From Hypanus sabinus (Eukaryota): DNA of 64,000 nt. This document shows, piece by piece, positions 12,290-21,671 of the stretch. The position numbers were made by a program, and so were the translations under genes. The stretch covers positions 106,578,001 through 106,642,000 of the forward strand of contig NC_082706.1 of the NCBI RefSeq assembly GCF_030144855.1. Reading direction: 5' to 3'. The notes under the pieces were generated by a model, which saw only the letters and a list, made by a program, of their open reading frames with translations, was not told the DNA's origin and ran no database searches. Every line of letters begins with the position of its first letter. The first letter of the stretch is position 1.

Positions 12290-12890
12290 TGATGGGGCAA
12301 GTGAAGTCATACCTTTCGGTACAAGAGCCTGATTGTGGAGGGGTAATACCTGTCCCTGAACCTGGTGGGGTGAGTTCTGTAGCTCCTGTACGTGCTTCCT
12401 GACGGGAGCAGTGAGGGGAGAGCATGACCTGCAATGTGGAGGTGGGTCGGGTGGGTGGTGTTTCTGATGACGGATGTTGCTTTCCTTAAAACGTCACTTC
12501 TTAAAACATTTCCTCACTGTGGATTTAAGTGCTACTGGACTTTAGTCATTGAGGCAGGTTACCATGTTCTTATTAGGCACCAGAATAAGTGAAGTCTGAT
12601 TGAAGCAGATGGGTACATTCAGCCAAAGTGAGAGGTTAAACATCAGTGAACAGTCCAGCCAGTTGGTAAGCATTGGTCTTCCGTTCTTGGCCAGGTATCA
12701 TCTCACGGCTGGATGATTTTCATGGGTTCATCTTCCTGAAGGCTGCCTGCACATCAGCCTCAGTGACTAAAACCACTCGATCATCTGGTGTTCTGGGTGT
12801 TTGTGATGGTTCCTCCATGTTTTGATGGTCAAAGCAAGCATAGAAGGCATTGCGTTCATCTGGAAATGAGCCCTGGTGTTACCTATGTCA
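12290..12890 (-). mobile_element. Old Rex1/Babar-like LINE fragment (continues at ~22566-23080; copies in every unit)
   Basis: Minus strand gives frameshifted matches to the L.GLFTD.FNLSL..VP.CF..T.I..VP...VTCLND..PVAL...KCF segment of this RT family; recognised by recall, heavily decayed. Confidence 0.5.
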
Positions 12891-15800
12891 CTTAATAGAC
12901 AAGGGACAATAGACAATAGGTGCAGAAGTAGACCATTCGGCCCTTCGAGCCTGCACCACCATTCTGAGATCATGGCTGCTCATCTACTATCAATACCCGG
13001 TTCCTGCCTTGTCTCCATATCCCTTGATTCCCTTATCCATAAGATACCTATCTAGCTCTTTCTTGAAAGCATCCGGAGAATTGGCCTCCACTGTCTTCTG
13101 AGGCAATGCATTCCACACCCCCACAACTCTCTGGGAGAAAAAGTTTTTCCTTAACTCTGTCCTAAACGACCTACCCTTTATTCTTAAACCATGCCCTCTG
13201 GTACTGGACTCTCCCAGCATCTAAAACATATTTCCTGCCTCTATCTTGTCCAACCCCTTAATAATCTTATATATTGCAATCAGATCCCCTCTCAATCTCC
13301 TTAATTCCAGCGTGTACAAGCCCAGTCTCTCTAACCTCCCTGCGTAAGACAGTCCGGACTTCCCAGGAATTTACCCTGTGAATCTACGCTGCACTTCCTC
13401 TACAGCCAGGGTGTCCTTCCTTAACACTGGAGACCAAAACTGTACACAATACTCCACATGTGGTCTCACCAGGGCCCTGTACAAATGCAAAAGGATTTCC
13501 TTGCTCTTGTACTCAATTCCCTTTGTAATAAAGGCCAATATTCCATTAACCTTCTTCAATGCCTGCTGCACTTGCTCATTCACCTTCAGTGACTGATGAA
13601 CAAGATCTCTTTGTATTTCTCCCTTACCTAACTCTACACCGTTCAGATAATAATCTGCCTTCCTGTTCTGACTCCCAAAGTGGATAACCTCACACTTATT
13701 CACATTAAATGTCATCTGCCAAGTATCTGCCCACTCACCCAGCCTATCCAAGTCACCCTGAATTCTCCTAACATCCTCATCACATGTCACACTGCCACCC
13801 AGCTTAGTATCATCAGCAAACTTGCTGATGTTATTCTCAATGCCTTCGTCTAAATCATTGATATAAATCGTAAACAGCTGTGGTCCCAATACCGAGCCCT
13901 GTGGCACCCCACTAGTCACCACCTGCCATTCCGAGAAACACCCATTCACCGCTACCCTTTGCTTTCTATCTGCCAACCAGTTTTCTATCTATGTCAATAT
14001 CTTCCCCCCAATGCCATGAGCTCTGATTTTACCCACCAATCTCCTATGTGGGACCTTATCAAATGCCTTCTGAAAATCGAGGTACACTACATCCACTGGA
14101 TCTAACTGTCTAATTGTCTACCTTCCTGGTTACATCCTCGAAAAACTCCAATAGATTAGTCAAGCATGATTTGCCCTTGGTAAATCCATGCTGGCTCAGC
14201 CCAATCCTATCACTGCTATCTAGATATGCCACTATTTCATCTTTAATAATGGACTCTAGCATCTTTGCCACTACTGATGTTAGGCTGACAGGATGATAGT
14301 TCTCTGTTTTCTCCCTCCCTCCTTTCTTAAAAAGTGGGATAACATTAGCCATTCTCCAATCCTCAGGAACTGATCCTGAATCTAAGGAACATTGGAAAAT
14401 GATTACCAATGCATTCACAATTTCCAGAGCCACCTCCTTTAGTACCCGTGGATGCAGACCATCTGGACCTGGGGATTTGTCAGCCTTCAGTCCCATCAGT
14501 CTACTCATCACCATTTCCTTCCTAATGTCAATCGGTTTCATTTCCTCTGTTACCCTATGTCCTTGGCCCATCCATACATCTGGGAGATTGCTTGTGTCTT
14601 CCCTAGTGAAGACAGATCTAAAGTACTTATTGAATTCTTCTGCCATTTCTCTGTTTCCCATAACAATTTCACCCAATTCATTCTTCAAGGGCCCAACATT
14701 GTTCTTAACTATCTTCTTTCTCTTCACATACCTAAAAAAGCATTTGCTATCCTCCTTTATATTCCTGGCTAGCTTGCGACTGTACCTCAATTTTTCTCCC
14801 CATATTGCCTTTTTAGTTAAGTTCTGTTGTTCCTTAAAAATTTCCCAATCATCTATCTTCCCACTCACCTTAGCTCTGTCATACTTCTTTATTTTAATAT
14901 TATACAATCTCTGACTGCCTTTGTCAACCACTGTGGCCCCATTACCCCCTTTGAATCCTTCCTTCCCCGGGGGATGAACTGATTTTGTACCTTGTGCATT
15001 ATTCCCAAGAATACCTGCCATTGCTGTTCCACTGTCTTTTCTGCTAGGATGTCCATCCAGTCAACTTTGACCAGCTCTTCCCTCATGGCTCCATAGTTTC
15101 CCCTGTTCAACTGCAACACTGACACCTCCGAGCTGCCATTATCCTTCTCAAATTGCAGATAAAAACTTATCATATTATGATCACTACCTCCTAATGGCTC
15201 TTTACTGCAAGATCGCTTATCAATTCCTGTTCATTACATAACACTAAATCCAGAATATTCTTGTCCCTGGTCGGCTCTCGTACAAGCTGTTCGAAGAATG
15301 CATCCCGTAGGCACTCTACAAACTCCCTATCCTGGGGTCCAGCACCAACCTGATTCTCCCAGTTCACCTGCCTGTTGAAATCCCCCATAACTACTGCGAC
15401 ATTACCTTTGCCACATGCCAATGTTAACTCCCTAATCAACTTGCACCCAATATCCATGCTACTGTTTCGGGGGCTGTAGACAACACCCATTAGGGTCTTT
15501 TTGCCCTTACTGTTCCTCAGTTCTATCCACACAGACTCTGCTTCTCCTGATCCTATGTCCCCCCTTGCAAAGGACTGAATCTCATTCCTCACCAACAGGG
15601 CCACCCCACCCCCTCTGTCCCTACGATAGCACGTATACCCTTGTACATTCATTTCCCAGGTCTGATTTCCCTGCAGCCATGTTTCCGTTATCCCAACAAC
15701 ATCATAGTTAGCCATTCGCACCTGAGCTTCAAGCTCATTGGCCTTATTTCTGACACTTTGTGCATTCAGATATAGAATTTTTAGCCCATTTCTCCTCTCT

Positions 15801-15930
15801 CTGTTTAAATTGCTGCCTATTGTGCTTAACCCAGCTCCTCAAACTCCCATCGGGCTATACGCCCCTAGAATTTTGTCATCCTTCCTAAATTTACTTATTC
15901 TTTCTGCACATTTAACTCCATGTTCCGACA

Positions 15931-16344
15931 TAAGGAGTCCATTTAGAATGTGCTGACACAGAAAGAACGTGCAAAGCAACTTGCAGGGCAACGTATAAAC
16001 CAATTTGCAAAATCAGGATGAAACAATAGCTTGCTGATTAAAGAAGCGATACGGGTAACGGGAAGACATGCTTAACGGTTGAACAATAACGGTGTTAATG
16101 CGCTGAGGCTGATAAGTGGGCCAAAGGGGTAATCACATTTGTAATTTTGTAATGAGATTAAAGAAGAATGTCTGCACCTCACATGGGTGCAACTCACAAA
16201 GTCGTAAACAAGTAGGGTATAAAAAACTGTGCAAAGTGTAATTCGGCACTCAATCTAGCAGGAGCTGGTTGGGTCCGACTCTGCAGACTCGAAAAATAAA
16301 GTTTACCGTTCTGCAAATTGCTGAGACTCAGTGTGTTTCTGACA
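15931..16344 (+). repeat. 5' LTR (414 bp; lacks the first 16 bp present in the 3' LTR)
   Basis: Matches 21258-21671 with one difference seen (position 7); TATAAA 16218, AATAAA 16295, ends ..TGACA. Confidence 0.97.
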
Positions 16345-16347
16345 ACG

Positions 16348-16365
16348 TGGGGGCTCGTCCGGGAT
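16348..16365 (+). promoter_or_regulatory. Primer-binding site, tRNA-Pro
   Basis: TGGGGGCTCGTCCGGGAT, the 18-nt MLV-type Pro PBS, 3 nt after the LTR-terminal CA. Confidence 0.95.
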
Positions 16366-16550
16366 CCACACTCCGGCCGCGGTGGACACGGGGAAGGACA
16401 TCGGAGACGGTGCACCCCGCCGAGTTTGGCGGTCCCTGACTCCTTGCTCGTCGCTCCAGCGCGGCTTGAGCGAGTGATATCCGGACAGCGCAGAGCGGTA
16501 AACGGGGAGAAGGGGACAGTACCTGGTACTGGAAGTCCCCAGGACGCACC

Positions 16551-16558
16551 GGGTAAGT
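16551..16558 (+). promoter_or_regulatory. Probable retroviral major splice donor
   Basis: GG|GTAAGT in the leader between the PBS and gag. Confidence 0.6.
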
Positions 16559-16725
16559 GCCTACTATTATAGTAGAAGGGTGCGGGAATAAGTAAGGACG
16601 GAGAAGACCGGGATCGCTACCCGGGGGTCCTCCTGATAAAAGTCCTTGGGACGCACCGGGTAAAGTGCCTACTGTTGCAGTAGAAGGGTGCGGGATTAAG
16701 TAAGAGCGGAATAAGATGGGAGGGG

Positions 16726-19700
16726 GTGGCTCTAAAAAGAAAGAGGAGACGGAGAAGACCGGGACCATACCCGGGGGTTCCTCCTGATAGCCCCCTCGGT
16801 AGAATGTTTGAGAATTGGGGATGTGGAAGACTAAAAGGGAAACAAAAGAAAAAAATGATACAGTACTGTTTAATTTGGTCGAAACAGCCGATAGAAAAAC
16901 CTGCGGTCTGGTGGCCGCGGCTTGGGTCTGAGGAGGATTGGGTACGACAAGCCTTAAACATTTACGTTAATTCAAAACCAAATGTAAAACCGGAAGAAAT
17001 TACTTATGCTTTTTGTTGGGCTCCCTGGCCAGGAGTAACAACAAAGAGTTTTAAATTGGGCATTAAAGGGGAGCGGAAGTGGGACCCACTCGATCATTTA
17101 CCCCCTCCCTATGTCCAGCCTTCTGCGCCCCTTGCGGGAGCAGAGGGAGGACGTGAAGAAAGTGAAAAAACAGAAGAAATAGACCCGGAGAGGGAAGAGA
17201 GGGATGTTAGGGAAAAAGCAAAAGCAAGGATTGAAACAAGGAGTGTGACAGGAGCAGATAAGAAAAAGAAAGACGAATTAAAAAAGGAAGAGGTACAGCT
17301 GTGTCCCCTTCGAGAGGTTCCAATGGGAGGAGAACGGGGAGGAACAGGATTTGTAAACGTCCCTCTGACAAGTACCGAAGTACGAGGATTTAAGAAAGAT
17401 ATGAAAACTTTATTAGAAGATCCAATGGGACTGGCAGAACAGTTGGATCAATTCTTAGGACCTAATGTTTACACTTGGGAAGAAATGCATGCGATTATGG
17501 GAACGCTATTTTCTGCACAAGAGAGGCAAATGATACGACAAGCTGCAATATCAATTTGGGGAAGGGAACAGCCGAATGAGTTACCGGGGGACCGGAAATT
17601 TCCAGTAAACGACCCACAGTGGGACAAACAAGCAGAAGAGAGAAGACGGCAATATCCCATTGCCATGGAAGGGAGGAGGGGATTACAACCTGTAATTGAG
17701 ACATTAGTATCAGATGGACTCCTGGAAGAATGTATGTCACCCTTTAATACCCCCATCCTACCGGTCCGAAAGCCCGACGGCACGTATCGAATGGTTCAAG
17801 ATCTGAGAGGCTTAAATGCGGTAGTCCAAACACGATACCCGGTAGTGCCTAACCCCTATACATTAATGAGCAAAATACCTCCTGAACATGAATGGTTCAG
17901 TGTGATAGATCTAAAAGATGCCTTTTGGAGTTGCCCGTTGGAGGAAGGTAGCCGAGATATGTTCGCATTTGAATGGGAAAATCCCTTCACTGGGCGGAAG
18001 AAGCAACTCCGGTGGACCGTCTTGCCCCAAGGGTTCACGGAGTCCCCAAACCTATTCGAACAGGTACTGGAGCAAGTATTGGCTGGATTTCATTGTACCG
18101 AAAAGAACCAACTATTACAGTATGTCGATGACCTACTACTATCGGGACCAGCAGAGGAGGTAGTGCGAGACGATACTATAAGACTCCTGAATTACCTAGG
18201 AGAAAAAGGATTGCGGGTGTCCAAGAAGAAACTGCAATTTGTCGAGAAGGAAATAACATATCTCGGACACAGAGTCAGTAAAGGGCACCGCCAAATAACC
18301 CCAGAAAGAATAGCGGGAATAACTAAAATACCGCTTCCCAGGACAAAGAAGGAAATAAGACAATTTCTGGGCTTAGTGGGCTATTGCCGGATTTGGATAG
18401 AGAATTATACCTCCCTGGTGAAGTTTATGTACGACAAATTGACAAAGGAAAACCGGGGAATAATCAGCTGGACCGAAGAAGAACAGAAGTTCAGGAAAAT
18501 AAAAGGGCAACTAATTCGGGCCCCGGTATTAACACTGCCAGCACTGGAAAAACCCTTTCAGCTGTATGCAACAAACAATGAAGGAACTGCGTTAGGAGTA
18601 CTAACCCAAGAAAAAAGAGGAAAGCGGCAACCTGTGGCCTTTTTATCAAAAATGTTAGACCCGGTATCCCGGGGATGGCCGACGTGCATACAAGCTGTAG
18701 CGGCAGCAGCCGTACTAGTAGAAGAAGCACGGAAATTAACCTTTGGGGGAAGAATGACGGTGTATACCCCGCACTCCGTTAGCACTCTCTTAGCCCAAAA
18801 AGCTCAGCGGTGGTTGACGGACTCTCGCATACTGAAATACGAAACCATTCTGATGGTCGGGGATGATTTAAGCTTTGAAAAGAACAATAGTTGTAACCCG
18901 GCACAGTTCTTATACGGGGAATCAACAGGGGAGGAAACCGAGCATAACTGCGTGGAGCTAACAGACCTTCAGACAAAAAGTAGGGAAGATCTACAAGGAG
19001 TTCCCCTAATCGAAGGCGAGGAACTATATATCGACGGCTCCTCCAGATGCATCAATGGGGTACGACACAGTGGATATGCTATTATAAACGGGAGGACTAG
19101 GGAGACGGTGGAGTCCGGCCGGCTCCCGGGTAATTGGTCAGCCCAGTCTTGTGAACTATATGCCTTGCAGAGGGGACTGCAACTGTTAAGAAACAAAATA
19201 GGCACTATATACACCGATTCTAAGTATGCCTATGGAGTGGTACACACCTTCGGAAAGATTTGGAAAGAACGGGGGTTGATAACAGCCAGGGGAAGGGAAT
19301 TAGCTCACGAACAAATTATAAGCATGACTCTGGAAGCACTAACATTACCTCAAGAAATTGCAGTGGTACACGTTCCAGGACATCAACGAGGAACAGCCCC
19401 GGAAGCAATAGGAAACCGGCTCGCAGATGAAGAAGCCGAACGGGCAGCAATGGAAAAAACGGTCCGACTTCTAACCCTGATACCAATAAGGGAAGGGCTT
19501 AACAAACTACCAGTCTTCACCCAAGTAGAAATAGACGCTATGAGCCAGCTGGGAGCCCGACAAACATCAGAAGGCGAGTGGAAGACCCCCGACGGACGGC
19601 AAGTACTGAATAAGGAAGTAACTCGTCATATACTGCAACAACTACACCAACAAAGCCATTGGGGAGTGCAAGCTATGTGCGACACTATCCTAAGGGACTA

Positions 19701-20670
19701 TGTTTGTAAAGGGATATTCACACTAGCTCAACAGGAGGTGTGGGGCTGTTACACCTGCCAAAAGGTAAACAAGAAAATGATGCGTGCCACCCATAAGGGG
19801 GGACAAACACTAGCCGTCCGACCGCTCCATCGGATCCAAATAGACTTTACGGAACTACCACAAGTTCAGAGATGGAAGTACCTGTTAGTAATTGTGGATC
19901 ACTTCACTCGGTGGGTGGAAGCATTCCCAACCACTAAAGCGGACGCCCCTACAGTGGCACGGATCCTATTAGAAAATATAGTCCCAAGATATGGAATAAT
20001 GGGGTCTATTGATTCAGATAGGGGAACACACTTTGCCTCAAAAACACACCAGCTAATCTGTGACGCCTTAGGAATCCAGTGGAAGCTGCACACCCCCTGG
20101 CACCCTCAGAGCTCAGGAAGAGTTGAGAGGATGAACAGTACTTTGAAGATGCAATTGACAAAACTAATGATGGAAACCAAGCTACCCTGGACCAAGTGTC
20201 TACCCCTGGCCCTACTAAGAATCCGCACGGCTCCTCGAAAAGATATAGGAGTATCCCCTTATGAAATGTTGTTTGGCCTTCCATATTGGAACAAGGTGGA
20301 GGGCTATCCTTCCCTGCAAGGGGGAGATGTCTTTGTAAGGGACTATTTACAGGCACTGTCTCGTTCTTTTGCAGAATTGCACAGGAAGGGGTTACTCGCA
20401 CAAACCCCACCTCTGGACTTCGCACTCCACCGAACTCAGCCCGGTGGCTGGGTCCTGATTAAGACTTGGAAGCCAGAGAAGTTACAGCCGCAGTGGGAAG
20501 GCCCATTCCAGGTGCTACTGACCACCGAAGCCGCAGTAAGGACAAAAGAAAAAGGGTGGACCCACGCCGCGAGAATCAAGGGACCCGTAAAGCCCGAAGA
20601 AGGTGCAGAATGGACTTGCGTCCAGGGAGAAGACCCGATGGTGCTAAAGCTCAAAAGACGGACAGAATGA
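16726..20670 (+). CDS. gag-pol: Gag(MA, partial CA)-RT-RNaseH-integrase fusion ORF, 1314 codons; no NC or protease
   Basis: SPLG..W (MA), PLTS..LLEDP..YTW..FP..DPQWD (CA NTD), then RQYP..SPFNTPILPV, QDLR, LPQG, YVDD; DGSS/E/TDSKY/ADEEA; HQQSH..CYTC, IDF/DSD/ERMN, GPF. Confidence 0.9.
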   Translation: MALKRKRRRRRPGPYPGVPPDSPLGRMFENWGCGRLKGKQKKKMIQYCLIWSKQPIEKPAVWWPRLGSEEDWVRQALNIYVNSKPNVKPEEITYAFCWAPWPGVTTKSFKLGIKGERKWDPLDHLPPPYVQPSAPLAGAEGGREESEKTEEIDPEREERDVREKAKARIETRSVTGADKKKKDELKKEEVQLCPLREVPMGGERGGTGFVNVPLTSTEVRGFKKDMKTLLEDPMGLAEQLDQFLGPNVYTWEEMHAIMGTLFSAQERQMIRQAAISIWGREQPNELPGDRKFPVNDPQWDKQAEERRRQYPIAMEGRRGLQPVIETLVSDGLLEECMSPFNTPILPVRKPDGTYRMVQDLRGLNAVVQTRYPVVPNPYTLMSKIPPEHEWFSVIDLKDAFWSCPLEEGSRDMFAFEWENPFTGRKKQLRWTVLPQGFTESPNLFEQVLEQVLAGFHCTEKNQLLQYVDDLLLSGPAEEVVRDDTIRLLNYLGEKGLRVSKKKLQFVEKEITYLGHRVSKGHRQITPERIAGITKIPLPRTKKEIRQFLGLVGYCRIWIENYTSLVKFMYDKLTKENRGIISWTEEEQKFRKIKGQLIRAPVLTLPALEKPFQLYATNNEGTALGVLTQEKRGKRQPVAFLSKMLDPVSRGWPTCIQAVAAAAVLVEEARKLTFGGRMTVYTPHSVSTLLAQKAQRWLTDSRILKYETILMVGDDLSFEKNNSCNPAQFLYGESTGEETEHNCVELTDLQTKSREDLQGVPLIEGEELYIDGSSRCINGVRHSGYAIINGRTRETVESGRLPGNWSAQSCELYALQRGLQLLRNKIGTIYTDSKYAYGVVHTFGKIWKERGLITARGRELAHEQIISMTLEALTLPQEIAVVHVPGHQRGTAPEAIGNRLADEEAERAAMEKTVRLLTLIPIREGLNKLPVFTQVEIDAMSQLGARQTSEGEWKTPDGRQVLNKEVTRHILQQLHQQSHWGVQAMCDTILRDYVCKGIFTLAQQEVWGCYTCQKVNKKMMRATHKGGQTLAVRPLHRIQIDFTELPQVQRWKYLLVIVDHFTRWVEAFPTTKADAPTVARILLENIVPRYGIMGSIDSDRGTHFASKTHQLICDALGIQWKLHTPWHPQSSGRVERMNSTLKMQLTKLMMETKLPWTKCLPLALLRIRTAPRKDIGVSPYEMLFGLPYWNKVEGYPSLQGGDVFVRDYLQALSRSFAELHRKGLLAQTPPLDFALHRTQPGGWVLIKTWKPEKLQPQWEGPFQVLLTTEAAVRTKEKGWTHAARIKGPVKPEEGAEWTCVQGEDPMVLKLKRRTE

Positions 20671-21211
20671 ACTTTGGGACTGTAATGTATATACTGCTAT
20701 TGTTGAGAAGCGCTGAAGGGGGATGTGATAAGTGCAGAACGACGGTAAGGGTGGGCATGACGGTTTTTCCAGGGTCCTTTGTATCACACTCGCATGTAAA
20801 CGAGAAATGTTATGACTACAACAAAAAGGAGGAGTATGTGGAAAGTTTAATCTAACCAACTGCTGCTTAAAGATAGATGACAACGGAAAGGTGGTTCAAA
20901 AAATATCAGATAAAATAAGGAAACTGGCCCACGTGCCGGTACAGACCTGGAAGCCGCTGGGGTATTGGGACTGGCTGGACGGATGGTTGAAAGGAGGCTG
21001 GTGGCGAACCGCTTTAGGGGTTATAGGAGGGGGATTGATGGTCCTCCTTCTGCTACCATGTCTGATCCCCTGCTTGCGGGAGCTAGTAGCTCGGGTGGCA
21101 AGACAAGTCATGCAACCAGGGGCCCCAGCTGATCCTGTTCAGGTACTCCTACAAAGGGAAATAGAGCTAGAGGAAGAAGCCTATGTAAACCCGTGGCAAA
21201 AGCCCAACTGA
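20667..21211 (+). pseudogene. env: env remnant: signal peptide + SU start fused out of frame to the TM C-terminal half
   Basis: ATG overlaps the pol stop (ATGA); MNFGTVMYILLLLRSAEG; from 20828 another frame reads [27 protein letters not shown]..hydrophobic anchor. Confidence 0.9.
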
Positions 21212-21222
21212 TAGCACATTCT

Positions 21223-21241
21223 AAAAAGAAAAAGGGTGGAT
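21223..21241 (+). promoter_or_regulatory. Polypurine tract
   Basis: AAAAAGAAAAAGGGTGGAT immediately before the 3' LTR TG. Confidence 0.9.
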
Positions 21242-21671
21242 TGAGAGAAATGATACTTAAGGAATCCATTTAGAATGTGCTGACACAGAAAGAACGTGCA
21301 AAGCAACTTGCAGGGCAACGTATAAACCAATTTGCAAAATCAGGATGAAACAATAGCTTGCTGATTAAAGAAGCGATACGGGTAACGGGAAGACATGCTT
21401 AACGGTTGAACAATAACGGTGTTAATGCGCTGAGGCTGATAAGTGGGCCAAAGGGGTAATCACATTTGTAATTTTGTAATGAGATTAAAGAAGAATGTCT
21501 GCACCTCACATGGGTGCAACTCACAAAGTCGTAAACAAGTAGGGTATAAAAAACTGTGCAAAGTGTAATTCGGCACTCAATCTAGCAGGAGCTGGTTGGG
21601 TCCGACTCTGCAGACTCGAAAAATAAAGTTTACCGTTCTGCAAATTGCTGAGACTCAGTGTGTTTCTGACA
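21242..21671 (+). repeat. 3' LTR (430 bp, complete)
   Basis: TGAGAGAAA...TTTCTGACA imperfect inverted termini; TATAAA 21545, AATAAA 21622. Confidence 0.97.

Larger units (their letters stand above)
15931..21671 (+). mobile_element. Endogenous retrovirus, class I (gamma/epsilon-like), 5741 bp, internally deleted
   Basis: LTR-PBS-gag/pol-env-PPT-LTR order; YVDD RT; tRNA-Pro PBS. Confidence 0.97.

Noticed and set aside
12515-12521. CACTGTG (also in the other units) as a J-segment RSS
   Set aside because: No nonamer at 12 or 23 bp and no FGxG frame; it lies inside an old LINE fragment.
16726-16760. KRKRRRRR as a nuclear localisation signal on the ERV ORF
   Set aside because: Probably a +1-frame reading of the purine-rich gag start; depends on the unresolved frameshift.
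17615-17621. Perfect CACAGTG next to the gag/pol deletion junction (RAG-mediated deletion?)
   Set aside because: It encodes the conserved DPQW of capsid, has no nonamer at either spacing, and the deletion is germline.
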